Shown in pieces: positions 1 to 10,778 of a stretch of 64,000 nucleotides of DNA. Each line of letters begins with the position of its first letter. The stretch's first letter is position 1. The notes below the pieces were generated by a model, which made no database searches, had not been told where the DNA came from, and worked only from the letters and a program-made list of their open reading frames with translations. The position numbers and the translations under genes were made by a program. The stretch comes from an uncultured Verrucomicrobiae bacterium. GTDB taxonomy: Bacteria; Verrucomicrobiota; Verrucomicrobiia; Limisphaerales; JAFGQR01. The stretch covers positions 32,001 through 96,000 of the forward strand of contig CAWBHS010000049.1 in NCBI GenBank assembly GCA_963788655.1, given 5' to 3'.

Positions 1-1345
1 AAAAACTTGCCCGGAGAAATTGACCTTGTTGCCGTGGGTCAAATGGCCGCCGTGGCTCAGGTCCATGGTCAGCATCTTGTCGCCCGGTTTCAGAAAGGCG
101 AAATAAACCGCCATGTTGCGCCTGGCTGCCGGAATGCGGCTGGACGTTGGCGTGTTCGGCGCCGAACAGTTGCTTGGCCCGGTCGATGGCCAGTTGCTCC
201 GCCACATCCACGTTTTCACAGCCGCCATACCAGCGTTTCCCGGGATAGCCCTCGGCGTATTTGTTGGTGAGCACCGAGCCTTGCGCTTCCATGACGGCGG
301 GACTGGTGAAGTTTTCGCTGGCGATCAGCTCGATGTTTTCCTGCTGCCGCACGCGTTCCCGCTCGATCACCGCGGCAATTTCCGGATCGACGGCATTCAA
401 ATCGAGGTCCATCAACGGCTGGCTGGGTTCAAGCTTGTTGACGCGGCGTTCGTGGCGGCCGCCTTCGAATTTGGAATTGAGGAACGCTTCGAGAATGCGT
501 TGCGCCAGCTTCGGTTCGGTGCCTTTGCCGGCCAGACACAGGATGTTGGCGTTGTTGTGTCGGCGCGCGGTTTGGGCCATTTGCTCGTCCCACACCAGCG
601 CGGCGCGGGCGCCCGGAACCTTGTTGGCGGCGATGCTGACGCCGATGCCGGTCGTACATACGAGCACGCCCAGTTCGAATTGGCGTTCGGCCACGCTGCG
701 GGCCAGCGCTTGGGCCGTATCCGGGTAGTCGGTGGATTCGGTGTCGTGCGCGCCGAAATCGACGACGTCAACGTCATGTTCGCTCAGGAAGGCCTTGAGG
801 TGTTCTTTCAGTTCGTAGCCGCCGTGATCGGAGCCAAAGGCAAGGATGAGTTTATGGGTTGGCGAAGATTCCATGGGGAGGGAGCTGGAGGTTTGTTCCA
901 GAAATTTCACAACGGACGTGATGCCTTGTTCGATCTGGTTGCGGCATTGCACATAGATGTCATACGACCCGCCGATGGGATCGCCGATGTCTTTTTCATA
1001 ACTCGGTAATTCTTCATTGAATTCCCGCAGCAAAAATGTCTTTTCCGCCGCCTGCGGATAGAGCAGGGCGATGGATTCCAAGTGGCTCTGCGTCATGCCA
1101 AAGATGTAGTCCACCTGGCGCACCAGCTCGGCGGACAATTGGCGGCTGCGAATCGCGGAAATATCCACGCCCACCTGCTGGCAGGCGCGGATCGCAAATT
1201 CACTCGGCGGCAATCCCGAGGAAGCCCCGACGCCCGCCGACAAGGCCCGGAAATCCCCCCGACCCTGGAGGGCGTGCCGGAAGAGGCCCTCGGCCATGGG
1301 GCTGCGACAAATGTTGCCGGTGCAAACAAATAAAACCGTCTTCAT
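1..1345 (-). CDS. glyA: Fusion: LMW protein tyrosine/arginine phosphatase + ribose-5-phosphate isomerase B + serine hydroxymethyltransferase (3' end runs off window)
   Basis: Hand translation from ATG 1345: [20 protein letters not shown] (LMW-PTP P-loop), DIGDPIGG, then [25 protein letters not shown] (RpiB), then [36 protein letters not shown] (SHMT), with no stop between domains. A 1-nt indel near 118 precedes NMAVYF...GGHLTHG. Not in the ORF track because it has no stop inside the window. Confidence 0.92.
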   Translation of the reverse strand, partial: MKTVLFVCTGNICRSPMAEGLFRHALQGRGDFRALSAGVGASSGLPPSEFAIRACQQVGVDISAIRSRQLSAELVRQVDYIFGMTQSHLESIALLYPQAAEKTFLLREFNEELPSYEKDIGDPIGGSYDIYVQCRNQIEQGITSVVKFLEQTSSSLPMESSPTHKLILAFGSDHGGYELKEHLKAFLSEHDVDVVDFGAHDTESTDYPDTAQALARSVAERQFELGVLVCTTGIGVSIAANKVPGARAALVWDEQMAQTARRHNNANILCLAGKGTEPKLAQRILEAFLNSKFEGGRHERRVNKLEPSQPLMDLDLNAVDPEIAAVIERERVRQQENIELIASENFTSPAVMEAQGSVLTNKYAEGYPGKRWYGGCENVDVAEQLAIDRAKQLFGAEHANVQPHSGSQAQHGGLFRLSETGRQDADHGPEPRRPFDPRQQGQFLRASF

Positions 1346-1399
1346 TCCAAACCAAGCGGGTTCACTTTGGGCGCCAGGTAAAAATCGTCAACCGTGAAA

Positions 1400-2503
1400 T
1401 CACCTGGCTGGTTTGACGTGGATGACCGCCAACCCCTTGAGCAGGTCGAGCGCGCGGGCTAGAACCGGATCCTGCAACACCGGGGGTTCGGGTTCTTCAT
1501 CGGCGGGCTCGACCGGACTGAGCGTCGGCCTTTCGCTGTCAATATCCAAGCCTTCGCGATGGCGCCGCACCAATTCGGCTTCATTGAGCCGTCGAGTTGT
1601 GGTGTTGGTGCCGGTTTCCGCGTCCGGATTGGCTACCGCGTTTTCCGTGGTGGCCAGCGTACCGGGGCGCGGGATGACTTGATAGGCGTTTTCCAAATAG
1701 GTTTCTTCGTCTTCGAGGCTAACCGGCACTTCGATGTCCGGTTTCAAGCCGGTGGCGGGCAAGTCCTTGCCGTTGCCCAGTTTGATGGGCGCGGTGGCAA
1801 TCCGCAGGCGTTGGCCGTCCTTGAGTTTGAATTCTTTGAATTCGCTGGCCTGCCCGGCGGTGGGCGAACCCAGCACCAGCGCAATCCCGCCTTCGCGCAG
1901 AATTCCCGCCAACGCTTCGGCGGCCCCGGCGGTTTTGGCATTCACCAGCACGGTTACGGGCAGCCGCCAGGCGTCCTTGTTGGCCGCGGATTTCTTCATG
2001 CCCTCTCCCCAGTTGATCAGGGGTCGTTCCGTGGCGAAGAACAGGTCCGCCACCGCGGCGGTGCTCTCATAGCTGGTGCCGTCGGCGAACCGCAAATCAA
2101 TGATCAAGCCCGCCAGCGATTTCTTGGCATTAAGCTTGTCGTAGGCCTGGCGCAATTCTTTCGCCGCGCCGGGAGCGACTTCGTCAAAACGGAAATAACC
2201 GTAAGCGTTGTCCATTACTTCCGTCTTTATCACGGAGGGTGCATTGGTTTCCTCTGTCGCGGTTTGGGCTGGCGGCAGGAGCGTGACCTTCGGATAGAGC
2301 TGGTCCAGCAAGCCATTCACCGCCGCCTGATTCAAATCCGCCGCGTTGGTTCCGGTCAGGTTATCGCGCAGCAGACCATAGATTTCCTGGAAATCCGGGG
2401 TCGCGTCGCTGGGGGTCGCCCCGAGGCCCGGGAGCAGGCCGGTCAGGAGGGTGAATGCCCATACGAAACGCTTGATGTTATTCGTGATCGAATTGTAGCT
2501 CAT
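1400..2503 (-). CDS. S41 (C-terminal protease) family homolog, exported, catalytic residues substituted
   Basis: GYFRF, LIIDLR, VLVNAKTAGAAEALAGIL, GSPTAGQA, GLKPDIEV and DPVLARALDLL match the S41 pattern; signal-like N-terminus; start uncertain. Confidence 0.75.
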   Translation of the reverse strand: MSYNSITNNIKRFVWAFTLLTGLLPGLGATPSDATPDFQEIYGLLRDNLTGTNAADLNQAAVNGLLDQLYPKVTLLPPAQTATEETNAPSVIKTEVMDNAYGYFRFDEVAPGAAKELRQAYDKLNAKKSLAGLIIDLRFADGTSYESTAAVADLFFATERPLINWGEGMKKSAANKDAWRLPVTVLVNAKTAGAAEALAGILREGGIALVLGSPTAGQASEFKEFKLKDGQRLRIATAPIKLGNGKDLPATGLKPDIEVPVSLEDEETYLENAYQVIPRPGTLATTENAVANPDAETGTNTTTRRLNEAELVRRHREGLDIDSERPTLSPVEPADEEPEPPVLQDPVLARALDLLKGLAVIHVKPAR

Positions 2504-2620
2504 TTTGTTATCGTCGTTCCGGGGAACTTGCTGCCAGACGTGACAGCCCGTAGCCGGGAAGGCACCGTTTCCCGACCGCATCACTGTGTCATTCATTGCA
2601 CCCGCTTTTCACTCGCTTAC

Positions 2621-3910
2621 TCACAGTGCCTTGGCCGCAATATCTCGCCGATGCTGCGCGCCGTCGAACTTTATTTTCTCGACCGCCGCGTAAGCCTTGG
2701 CGCGGGCCTGCGCCAAATCGGCGGCCCAGGCGGTGACCCCCAATACGCGCCCTCCGCTGGTAACCACCTGGTCTTCGGATCGCGTCGTGCCGGCGTGAAA
2801 CACCTTGGTGTCGGGCAGCGCGGCCACCTCAGTTAATCCGGTAATGACTTTGCCTTTGGCGTAAGCTCCGGGATAGCCGCCCGAGGCCATCACCACACAT
2901 ACCGCGGGCGTTGATCGCCACTGGAGTTCGATCTGGTCCAGGGTGCCGTTGACACACGCATCGAACACTTCGACCAGATCATTTTCCAACCGCGGCAGGT
3001 ACACCTGGGTTTCCGGGTCGCCAAAGCGGGCATTGAATTCGAGGACCTTCGGACCGTCCCCGGTCAACATCAATCCGGGATAAATGACCCCGCGAAAATC
3101 AATTCCTTCCTCGGCGCAACCCCGCAGCCAGGGATCGATGATTTTCTGGCGCGCGGCCATCAGCTCCGCCTCGTTCAAAAAGGGCGCGGGCGAATAGGTG
3201 CCCATGCCGCCGGTATTGGGACCGCGGTCGCCATCCAAGGCCGGTTTGTGATCCTGGGACGTGGGGAACAGCCGCGCTGTTTTTCCGTCACACAGGGCAT
3301 GGAGCGAAACCTCCAATCCTTGCAGCAATTCCTGGATGACCACTGTGGCACCCGCCGTCCCAAACGCCCGTTTGACCAATATTTGCTCCAAGGCCTGGTC
3401 GGCTTGGGCCATGTCCTGGCAGATGATTACCCCCTTGCCCAGCGCCAAGCCATCCGCTTTCACGGCGCAACGTCCGCCCAGCGATGATGCAAATCGGGAG
3501 GCGTCGGCAAAATCGGTGAACGTTCCGGCCCGGGCAGTGGGAATGCCGTATTTCTGCATGAAGTTTTGCGCAAACGCCTTCGAGGCTTCGAACTGTGCCG
3601 CCCGTTGATTGGGGCCAAACGCGCGCAATCCTTGCTGCTGGAACAAATCCACAATCCCCATGGCCAGCGGATTGTCCGGTCCGACGACGGTGAGGTCCGG
3701 CTTCTTTTCCTGGGCGAACGCCAGCAACTTCGGCAAATCTTCGGCGCCAATCGGGACGCATTCCACCGCGGCTTGATTCTTCACCAGGCGTTCGTCGGCC
3801 ATGCCGGCATTGCCCGGTGCGCACCATACTTGGGTGAGGTGCGGTGACTGGGCCAATTTCCATACCAGCGCGTGCTCGCGTCCGCCTGAACCGATGACCA
3901 GGAGTTTCAT
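2621..3910 (-). CDS. purD: Phosphoribosylamine-glycine ligase
   Basis: MKLLVIGSGGREHAL, KADGLALGKGV, QDHK, GPNTGGMG, EFNARFGDPETQ, GGRVL. Confidence 0.97.
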   Translation of the reverse strand: MKLLVIGSGGREHALVWKLAQSPHLTQVWCAPGNAGMADERLVKNQAAVECVPIGAEDLPKLLAFAQEKKPDLTVVGPDNPLAMGIVDLFQQQGLRAFGPNQRAAQFEASKAFAQNFMQKYGIPTARAGTFTDFADASRFASSLGGRCAVKADGLALGKGVIICQDMAQADQALEQILVKRAFGTAGATVVIQELLQGLEVSLHALCDGKTARLFPTSQDHKPALDGDRGPNTGGMGTYSPAPFLNEAELMAARQKIIDPWLRGCAEEGIDFRGVIYPGLMLTGDGPKVLEFNARFGDPETQVYLPRLENDLVEVFDACVNGTLDQIELQWRSTPAVCVVMASGGYPGAYAKGKVITGLTEVAALPDTKVFHAGTTRSEDQVVTSGGRVLGVTAWAADLAQARAKAYAAVEKIKFDGAQHRRDIAAKAL

Positions 3911-3969
3911 GAGAGGGCAGATTGAAACAGGAATACCAGAAATCAGGAACAGAAATTTTTTTGCCCAGC

Positions 3970-4295
3970 GTGCTGCCGGCATCTGTGGGGACTAATGTTT
4001 CAGAATAGGGTATTATATTTCGCGCCGGCGTCTGGAGTGCGTCCGGCTTGCCGGCGCTTTCGGCTGAGTAACAGCGACCAAATTGTCGGACGTGCGGCCT
4101 TGAACTCTGCGCGTCCTGTTGCCATCGAAAGCGGGAGCAAGCTCCCCGCACTCCAGACGCTCCGCGTCGGTTCGGTAGCCAACGATTTTCGACATCTGGT
4201 ATCTTGCATCCGGTATCCGGCATCAAGGATCAGGCATCATTTAAGCAACCGAGCGCATCCGGTTATTCGGTTCTGCCGGCAGGATGCCGGCAGCA
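3970..4295. repeat. Nested REP-like palindrome pairs plus 7-bp tandem repeats
   Basis: Inner inverted pair 4032-4060 and 4128-4156 (TGGAGTGCG-hairpin-CGCTTT); outer pair GTGCTGCCGGCATC (~3970) and CTGCCGGCAGGATGCCGGCAGCA (~4274); GCATCCG/GTATCCG heptamers at ~4193-4240. Confidence 0.7.
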
Positions 4296-4353
4296 TGTTG
4301 CTCGCAATTATGGTTGTCAGCAGTCAATCCGCAGGAAACAATCTGCCCACCAC

Positions 4354-7300
4354 GTGAAACTTAGAGTTTTATTGCTGCTGTTGGCTGGTTTCCTGGCCAG
4401 CGAAACATCCGTCCGCGTCCGGGCGGAGGATTGGCCTTTATGGCGTCATGACGCCGGGCGCACCGCTTCGTCTTCCGAACCACTGCCGGCGTCCCTCCAT
4501 CTGCAATGGATTCGTCAGTATCCGAAACGGGTTCAGGTTTGGGACGATCCGTTGAATCACGATTTGATGCCCTACGACAAAATCCTGGAACCCGTGGTTC
4601 TGGGTACCCGCATGTTCATCGGATTCAATGACAGCGACAAAGTGGTCGCCCTCGACATCGAATCCGGCCGGGAACTGTGGCGATTTTACACCGATGGTCC
4701 CGTGCGGTTGCCGCCGGTCGCCTGGAAGGACAACGTTTATTTCACCAGCGACGATGGGTATCTGTATTGCGTCAACGCCACGGACGGTTCGTTGCAATGG
4801 AAATTCTTGGGTGGTCCTTCAACCCGCAAGGCGTTGGGCAATGGCCGGGTGATTTCCGCCTGGCCGGCCCGCGGAGGTCCGGTCGTTCGCGACGGGTTGA
4901 TTTATTTCGCCGCCAGTATTTGGCCGTTCATGGGCACGTTCGTTTATTCGCTGGATGCCGCCACCGGCAAGGTGGTGTGGGTGAATGATGGCACGGGCGC
5001 CCAATACCTGAAACAGCCACACGGCGCGCCGTCTTTTGCCGGTGTGGCGCCGCAGGGAGCGCTGGTGGCGACCAAAGATTTTCTGTTAGTTCCCGGTGGG
5101 CGCTCCGTGCCCGCAGCGTTCGACCGGCACACCGGGAAATTTCTTTACTTCCGCATCGACGAGGGCGGCAAAGGCAACGGCGGATCATTGGTGATGGCCG
5201 ATGACACCACGTCATTCGTCCACACCCGCCAACGTGGCGTGCGGGATTACGAGTTGAAGACCGGGAAGAAAGGCAAGCTGGCGATTAACGAACCGGTGCT
5301 TGGCCGACAGCATTACTACACCGCCCAGAACCATTCATCGTTCGAAGACGACAAAGTCGAGGCGGAGGCGAAAGTCGAAAGCGCCCGTTACTCTGAGTTG
5401 AAAGCGAAAAGCGAGTTGCGGGAAGCCACCGATCTGGCCGACCGGTCGGCTATCAAGAAGGCCAACGACGCTATCAAGTCGGCCCGCAAAAAGATGGCCG
5501 AAGCCGAACAAGCCATGACCAAAGCCAAACTGTCGCTGGCCACCAACTGGGCCGGCCGGTCCATTCAAGCGATTGGCCGCGACAAGAAAGTGCAGTGGGA
5601 AATAAAGGCCGACGGCACCCGCGACATCATTCGCGCCGGCAACCGCTTGTATGCCGCCGGCGCCAAGACCATCATCGCCGTGGCAATGCCGGCCCGCGGC
5701 CAACCGGCCAAGATCGTTTGGTCGCATCCGGTCGAAGGCCAGGTTGAGCGCTTGCTGGCTGCCAACGGTAAACTGTTCGCAGTTACGCTGGACGGTCGCA
5801 TCCTGGCGTACGGCGCCGAGAAACGAAAGGCGGTCACTATTCGCGAACAACCGCGTCAGTTGGAGCCCGATCCCCAATATGCCGCGCTGGCCAAGGGCCT
5901 CGTGGCCCAGGCGGGCGCGGACGATGGGTATGCCTTGTGTTTTGGCGTGGACGACGGGCGCTTGCTGGAAGCCTTGTTGGCGCATTCCAAACTCCACGTG
6001 GTGGCGGTGGATCCGGATGCCAAGCGAATTGCCGATCTGCGCCGCCGATTTGACGCGACCGGGAGATATGGCTCTCGCATTGCCTTTCATCAAGGCGAGC
6101 CAGCGACGTTCAAAGCGCCGCCCTACATCGCCAACCTCGTGTTGGTGGGTGATGATTTTGCTCCCAGTCTGGCGGATCGGCGGGTGCTCGAAACGATTTA
6201 TCAGTCCGTGCGGCCTTACGGGGGAACGCTTTGGATTTCCGCGGCCCGGATCGTGCCGTGGGAGATGCTGAAGCAACTGGGCCAGGCCGCGTTGCCCCAA
6301 GCACAATTTGCATTGGCCGAAGGCGGTTTGGCCGTAGTTCGTGAAGGACCGCTCCCCGGTGCGGCGGACTGGAACCATCAGTATGGCAACATCGCCAACA
6401 CGGTGAAGTCGGATGACGCGATTGTGAAACTGCCGTTGGGCGTATTGTGGTTTGGCGGCAATTCCAATCTGGATGTGCTGCCCCGGCACGGACATGGCCC
6501 CTCGCCTCAAGTCGTGGCCGGACGACTCTTTATTCAAGGCATGACCTGCCTGAGCGCGCGGGATGTTTACACCGGCCGCATCCTTTGGAAAGTGGGGCTG
6601 CCCGATCTCGATACGTTCGGCATCTATTACGACGACACTTACTCCAATTCACCGTTGAGCACGCAATATAACCAGCGGCACATCCCCGGCGCCAATGCCC
6701 GTGGCGCCAATTATGTGGCCACTTCGGATGCCGTGTATATCGCGATGGGAACGGCCTGCCGGGTGTTGTCGCCCATTACCGGGGAGACGCTCCGTGTCAT
6801 CGAGATGCCCAAGATTCCCGGTCAGACGGCCCGGCCGCAGTGGGGATACATCGGCGTGTACAACGACCTGTTGCTGGGCGGCGCCGGCTTTGCCCAATTC
6901 AGCCGGCGGTTCGGCGGCGCGGTCGGCAGTTCGCTGCCGAGTCTGTATGACTTGTCGGCCAGTGCCGGATTGGTGGCCTTTGATCGGCACACCGGCGAGG
7001 TTCGATGGTCGGTGAAGGCGCAGCATAGTTTTTTGCACAACGGTATTGTGGCCGGCAACCAACGGGTCTATTGCCTGGACCGCCTGCCGAAGAGCGCCGA
7101 GGACAAATTAAAACGGCGCGGAGGAACTCCGCCGACGACCTACCGGGTGGTGGCGTTTGATTGCCAAACCGGCCAACTGCTCTGGGAACAGCAACAAAAA
7201 GTCTTCGGGACTTGGCTGAGTTATTCGCAACCGCGCGACCTGCTGCTCCAGGCTGGCGCCCATGCCACGGACCGGCTCAAGGATGAAGTCGGCGAAGGCA

Positions 7301-8518
7301 TGGCCGCGTACCGTGGGGCGGACGGTTTGCTCGCCTGGACCAACGCAGTCAAATACACCGGACCGTGCATTCTGCATGACGACGTAATCATCACCACACC
7401 CAATTCTTACAAGACGTCCAGTGGCGCGTTTAACCTTGCGGATGGCAGCCCGCATTTGATTCCCAACCCGCTGACCGGCCAAAAGGAGCCGTGGCACATT
7501 TACCGCACTTACGGTTGCAACACGCCGGTTGCCAGCGAGCATCTGATGACTTTTCGCTCGGGCGCCGCCGGTTTCTACGACTTGGAATCCCAGTGCGGCA
7601 CCGGGAACTTTGGCGGATTCAAATCCGGTTGTTCGCCCAATCTGATTGCTGCCGACGGTGTCTTGAACGCTCCGGATTATACCCGCACCTGCACCTGTCC
7701 GTATCAAAACCAGAACGTCGCTGGCGTTCGTCCATACCCCGGAGGTGGAAATCTGGACTTACAATCTGTTCGGCACGGAAGTCAAAGACCACCAACGCAT
7801 CCGGCAAGTCGGAATCAACTTTGGCGCGCCCGGTGACCGGCGATCGGAAGCGGGGACCTTGTGGCTGGACTATCCGAGCGTCGGCGGCACTTCGGCGGAA
7901 GTTCCGGTTACCCTCTCCGGGAGCAAAATGAAATATTTCCGACGGCACTCGGCGCAAATCCATGGTGACGGCTTGTCCTGGGTGGCGGCATCCGGGGTGG
8001 AAGACCTGACGTCTGTGTGCATTACGCCGGATCTGGGCAAAGCCAAAACGCCACCGGCCCCGCCCAAAGGCAGCAAGGACGATGAGGATGACGACGAAGA
8101 AACCTACGGCCAAAACAGCAGCGCCAAGTCCGATGCGACCAATCATGTCAGCACGGCCAAGGCCGTCGAACCGAAGAGCAATGGTAAAACCGCCGCGAGC
8201 CAGCCGGTAATGGGATTGCCGCCCACTGTTTACACGGTGCGCTTGTATTTCAGTGAGCCGCAGGAGGTGCAACCTGGACAGCGTGTGTTTAGCGTCTCCC
8301 TGCAAGGGCAGGTGGTGCTGAACAATTTCGACATCGTGGCGGTTACCGGCAGCCAGAATCGTGGAGTGATGAAAGAGTTCAAAAAGGTGGCGGTGCCTGG
8401 GCCATTGACGGTGGCCTTTACTCGATCCCCGGCCAGCCAATTTGGACCGCTCATTTCCGGCGTCGAGCTGGTGGCGGAAGAGGACGGCTTGTCGGCCAAC
8501 GCAATCGGGGTTAAATAG
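4354..8518 (+). CDS. Large exported PQQ-like beta-propeller protein with a central methyltransferase-like domain and C-terminal malectin-like domain (1 frameshift ~7714)
   Basis: Signal peptide then AEDWPLWRHDAGRT; repeated (L)DxxTGxxxW motifs; second propeller from ADWNHQYGN; C-terminal VRLYFSEP...GQRVFSVSLQG...FDIV...ISGVEL. Removing one A at ~7714 joins ORFs 4204..7836 and 7745..8518 (YQNQTSLAFVHTPEVEIW). Confidence 0.8.
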
Positions 8519-8625
8519 TAGGGCGACATGATCGGACTATTATTCAAACTGCAAGCCAGGCGCGCATTGTCCGGACGGGTACGACGGCAACCAAGTGGCG
8601 CAAGATCGGCGGCCGCGATTGAACC

Positions 8626-8693
8626 GGAGCGCGGACATTCCTGTCCGCCCCGTCGGGCTGAGCACAGGAAGCGGACAGGAATGTCCGCGCTTC
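8626..8693. repeat. REP-like inverted doublet
   Basis: GCGGACATTCCTGTCCGC ... GCGGACAGGAATGTCCGC; each half is also self-palindromic. Confidence 0.7.
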
Positions 8694-9940
8694 GGACGAC
8701 TAGGTTTCGGAGTTTCTTATTGGCAGTGCTCGGGGGGTGTCTGGTGGGTGCCCCCGCGTGGGCGCCGGCTTGTTCGGTGCCGGTTTTCCGCTACGCCCTC
8801 GAACGATGGCACGCTGATGCCTATGAAGCCGTCGTGTTCCATCGCGGCGCATTGAAGCCGGCTCAAAAGGCGTTGGTCCATGATTTGGAGCAGAATGGCT
8901 TGGCCGGCGATCTTTACGCCAACCTCGAAGTGGAGGAGGTCGATTTGGCTGCGGACCCGGATGCGGCCCTGCTGAAACTGTGGCAGGAACATCCGGCCGC
9001 TGCTCTGCCCGCCGTGGTGTTGCGCTATCCGCGGATGTTCGACATTCCCATCAACGCCTGGTCGGGACCGCTGAACGAGACCACCATCAAACAATTGCTG
9101 GATTCACCTTTGCGCCGAAACATCGCCCGCCAGTTGGTCAAGGGAATGTCCGCGGTGTGGGTGCTGTTGGAGATTGGTGACCAAGCGCGCGACGATGCGG
9201 CGGCCAAGGTCCTGGAAACGCGATTGCAACAGCTCGGAAAAACGATGGAAGCGCCCAAACTCGATCCGGGCGATGTTGCCGGCGGGCTGGTGTCGGTGTC
9301 ACCGGAGGCCCTGAAGCCCAACTTTTCCATGGTGCGGCTCAAGCGAAATGATCCGGCGGAATCGGCCTTGGTCGAGATGCTGTTGGGCATCGAGGAGGAT
9401 TTGCACGAACTCAAGGAGCCGATTGCCTTTCCGGTGTTTGGTCGCGGACGAGCGTTGTTCGCGTTGGTGGGGAAGGGGATTGTGCCCGACAACATCGATG
9501 AGGCTTGTCAGTTCTTGTCGGGTCCCTGTTCGTGCCAGGTCAAAGAACTCAATCCGGGCGTCGATCTCCTGATGGCGGTGAACTGGGATGACGAAGTGTA
9601 CGGCAGCTTGGTCAGCACTGCGCCGGCACTGCCTGAGTTGACGGGAGTGGCGGGTTTTGCCGCCGAGACAAATCAGCTTGCTCCCCAAGCCACGGCTGAG
9701 CCGACGTTGCCGCCGGAGAATGCGGCGAAACCACCGGCGTTGGCTAACCGTACCAAGCGGGAGCCAACCGCGAAGACCAAGCCCTCCGGGGTGGTGGCCT
9801 TTCCGTTGAAGACGGCCGCCAAAAAGGAAGCCGAACCTCAAAGCGTCAACCGGGTGATGTTTAGTGTTGCCGTTGTGGGCGGAGTTGTCTTTGTGATGGC
9901 CTTGGGAGGAACCTTGTTGCTGCTGCGTCGGAAGCCGTGA
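8681..9940 (+). CDS. Hypothetical exported protein with C-terminal membrane anchor
   Basis: Signal-like start, CSVPVFRYALERW, FPVFGRGR, GPCSCQVK, C-terminal TM helix followed by RRKP; start uncertain. Confidence 0.7.
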   Translation: MSALRTTRFRSFLLAVLGGCLVGAPAWAPACSVPVFRYALERWHADAYEAVVFHRGALKPAQKALVHDLEQNGLAGDLYANLEVEEVDLAADPDAALLKLWQEHPAAALPAVVLRYPRMFDIPINAWSGPLNETTIKQLLDSPLRRNIARQLVKGMSAVWVLLEIGDQARDDAAAKVLETRLQQLGKTMEAPKLDPGDVAGGLVSVSPEALKPNFSMVRLKRNDPAESALVEMLLGIEEDLHELKEPIAFPVFGRGRALFALVGKGIVPDNIDEACQFLSGPCSCQVKELNPGVDLLMAVNWDDEVYGSLVSTAPALPELTGVAGFAAETNQLAPQATAEPTLPPENAAKPPALANRTKREPTAKTKPSGVVAFPLKTAAKKEAEPQSVNRVMFSVAVVGGVVFVMALGGTLLLLRRKP

Positions 9941-10041
9941 AGCCGTGCAAGCACATGCGGCGTTCGTGGTGGAGTGATGCGATTAATCCAGCCGCGCCAA
10001 GGGTTGACAGCGCATCCGAGTTTATGTCGGTGTTCGCCGGC

Positions 10042-10490
10042 TGTTCCCTCTCCCCGAGGGAGAGGGTCAGGGTGAGGGGGAACAGTGGATTCGACCTGCG
10101 CAGCCGGTCCACATGGAATGGCGTTTGCCCTCCGCGATTTTCAAACGTTATGGATGGCCGGACGGTTCCTTCCCCCTCACCCCGGCCCTCTCCCCCGGGG
10201 AGAGGGAGAATCGCCCTCCGCTGGTTTGAAATACTGCAAGTGCTCGGTTATTCGTACGGCTTTACCACAACCAGAGAAGAGGCGGAGATTGGAATTGTCG
10301 CTTTCGAACGTCTCGCGGCCGACGACGATTGTTCCCTCTCCCTTAGGGTGAGGGGGAACAGAGCGGGCCTCCCGTGCAGCCGGTTCGAATGGGACAGCGA
10401 AGGCGCTCCACGAATTTCTAGCGGCGCGGGTGGCAGAACGGTTCCTTTCCCCTCACCCCAGCCCTCTCCCCGGGGGAGAGGCAGAACGTT
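10042..10490. repeat. Two diverged direct copies of a REP doublet of the CCCTCACCC..CCCTCTCCC..GGGAGAGGG family
   Basis: Units at 10046-10080 and 10172-10207, and at 10334-10358 and 10449-10481; the spacers within the two doublets are recognisably homologous. Confidence 0.8.
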
Positions 10491-10553
10491 CGACGCTGGC
10501 GGAGTGGGGCGAACGCTTGACGACTATTCGTCGCGGCATTCCAAGTGGCGCCA

Positions 10554-10640
10554 GGTGGGGCGCGTCACTCCGTGCGCGCTGGTGAATTCACAGCATGCCC
10601 TTTGCTTCGTTCGCGGCGCGCAAAGGACTTCACGCCCTAG
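10554..10640. repeat. Degenerate GTRGGGCG-type REP pair
   Basis: GGTGGGGCGCGTCACTCCGTGCGCGC ... GCGCGCAAAGGACTTCACGCCCTAG. Confidence 0.45.
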
Positions 10641-10778
10641 CTTGGCAGTTCGTGGCGCGGGAGAACACTCGGCGCCTGCCGCGCGCGGCGGATGGTTTCC
10701 CACCGGAAATCCTGGTCACACCGCGCACTCTCTTCACTGGTTGAACAGTTTAACCCTCCAACCCTTTAACACTTCATC

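Noticed and set aside
113..1009. 298-aa plus-strand ORF
   Set aside because: Antisense shadow in register with the phosphatase-RpiB-GlyA gene.
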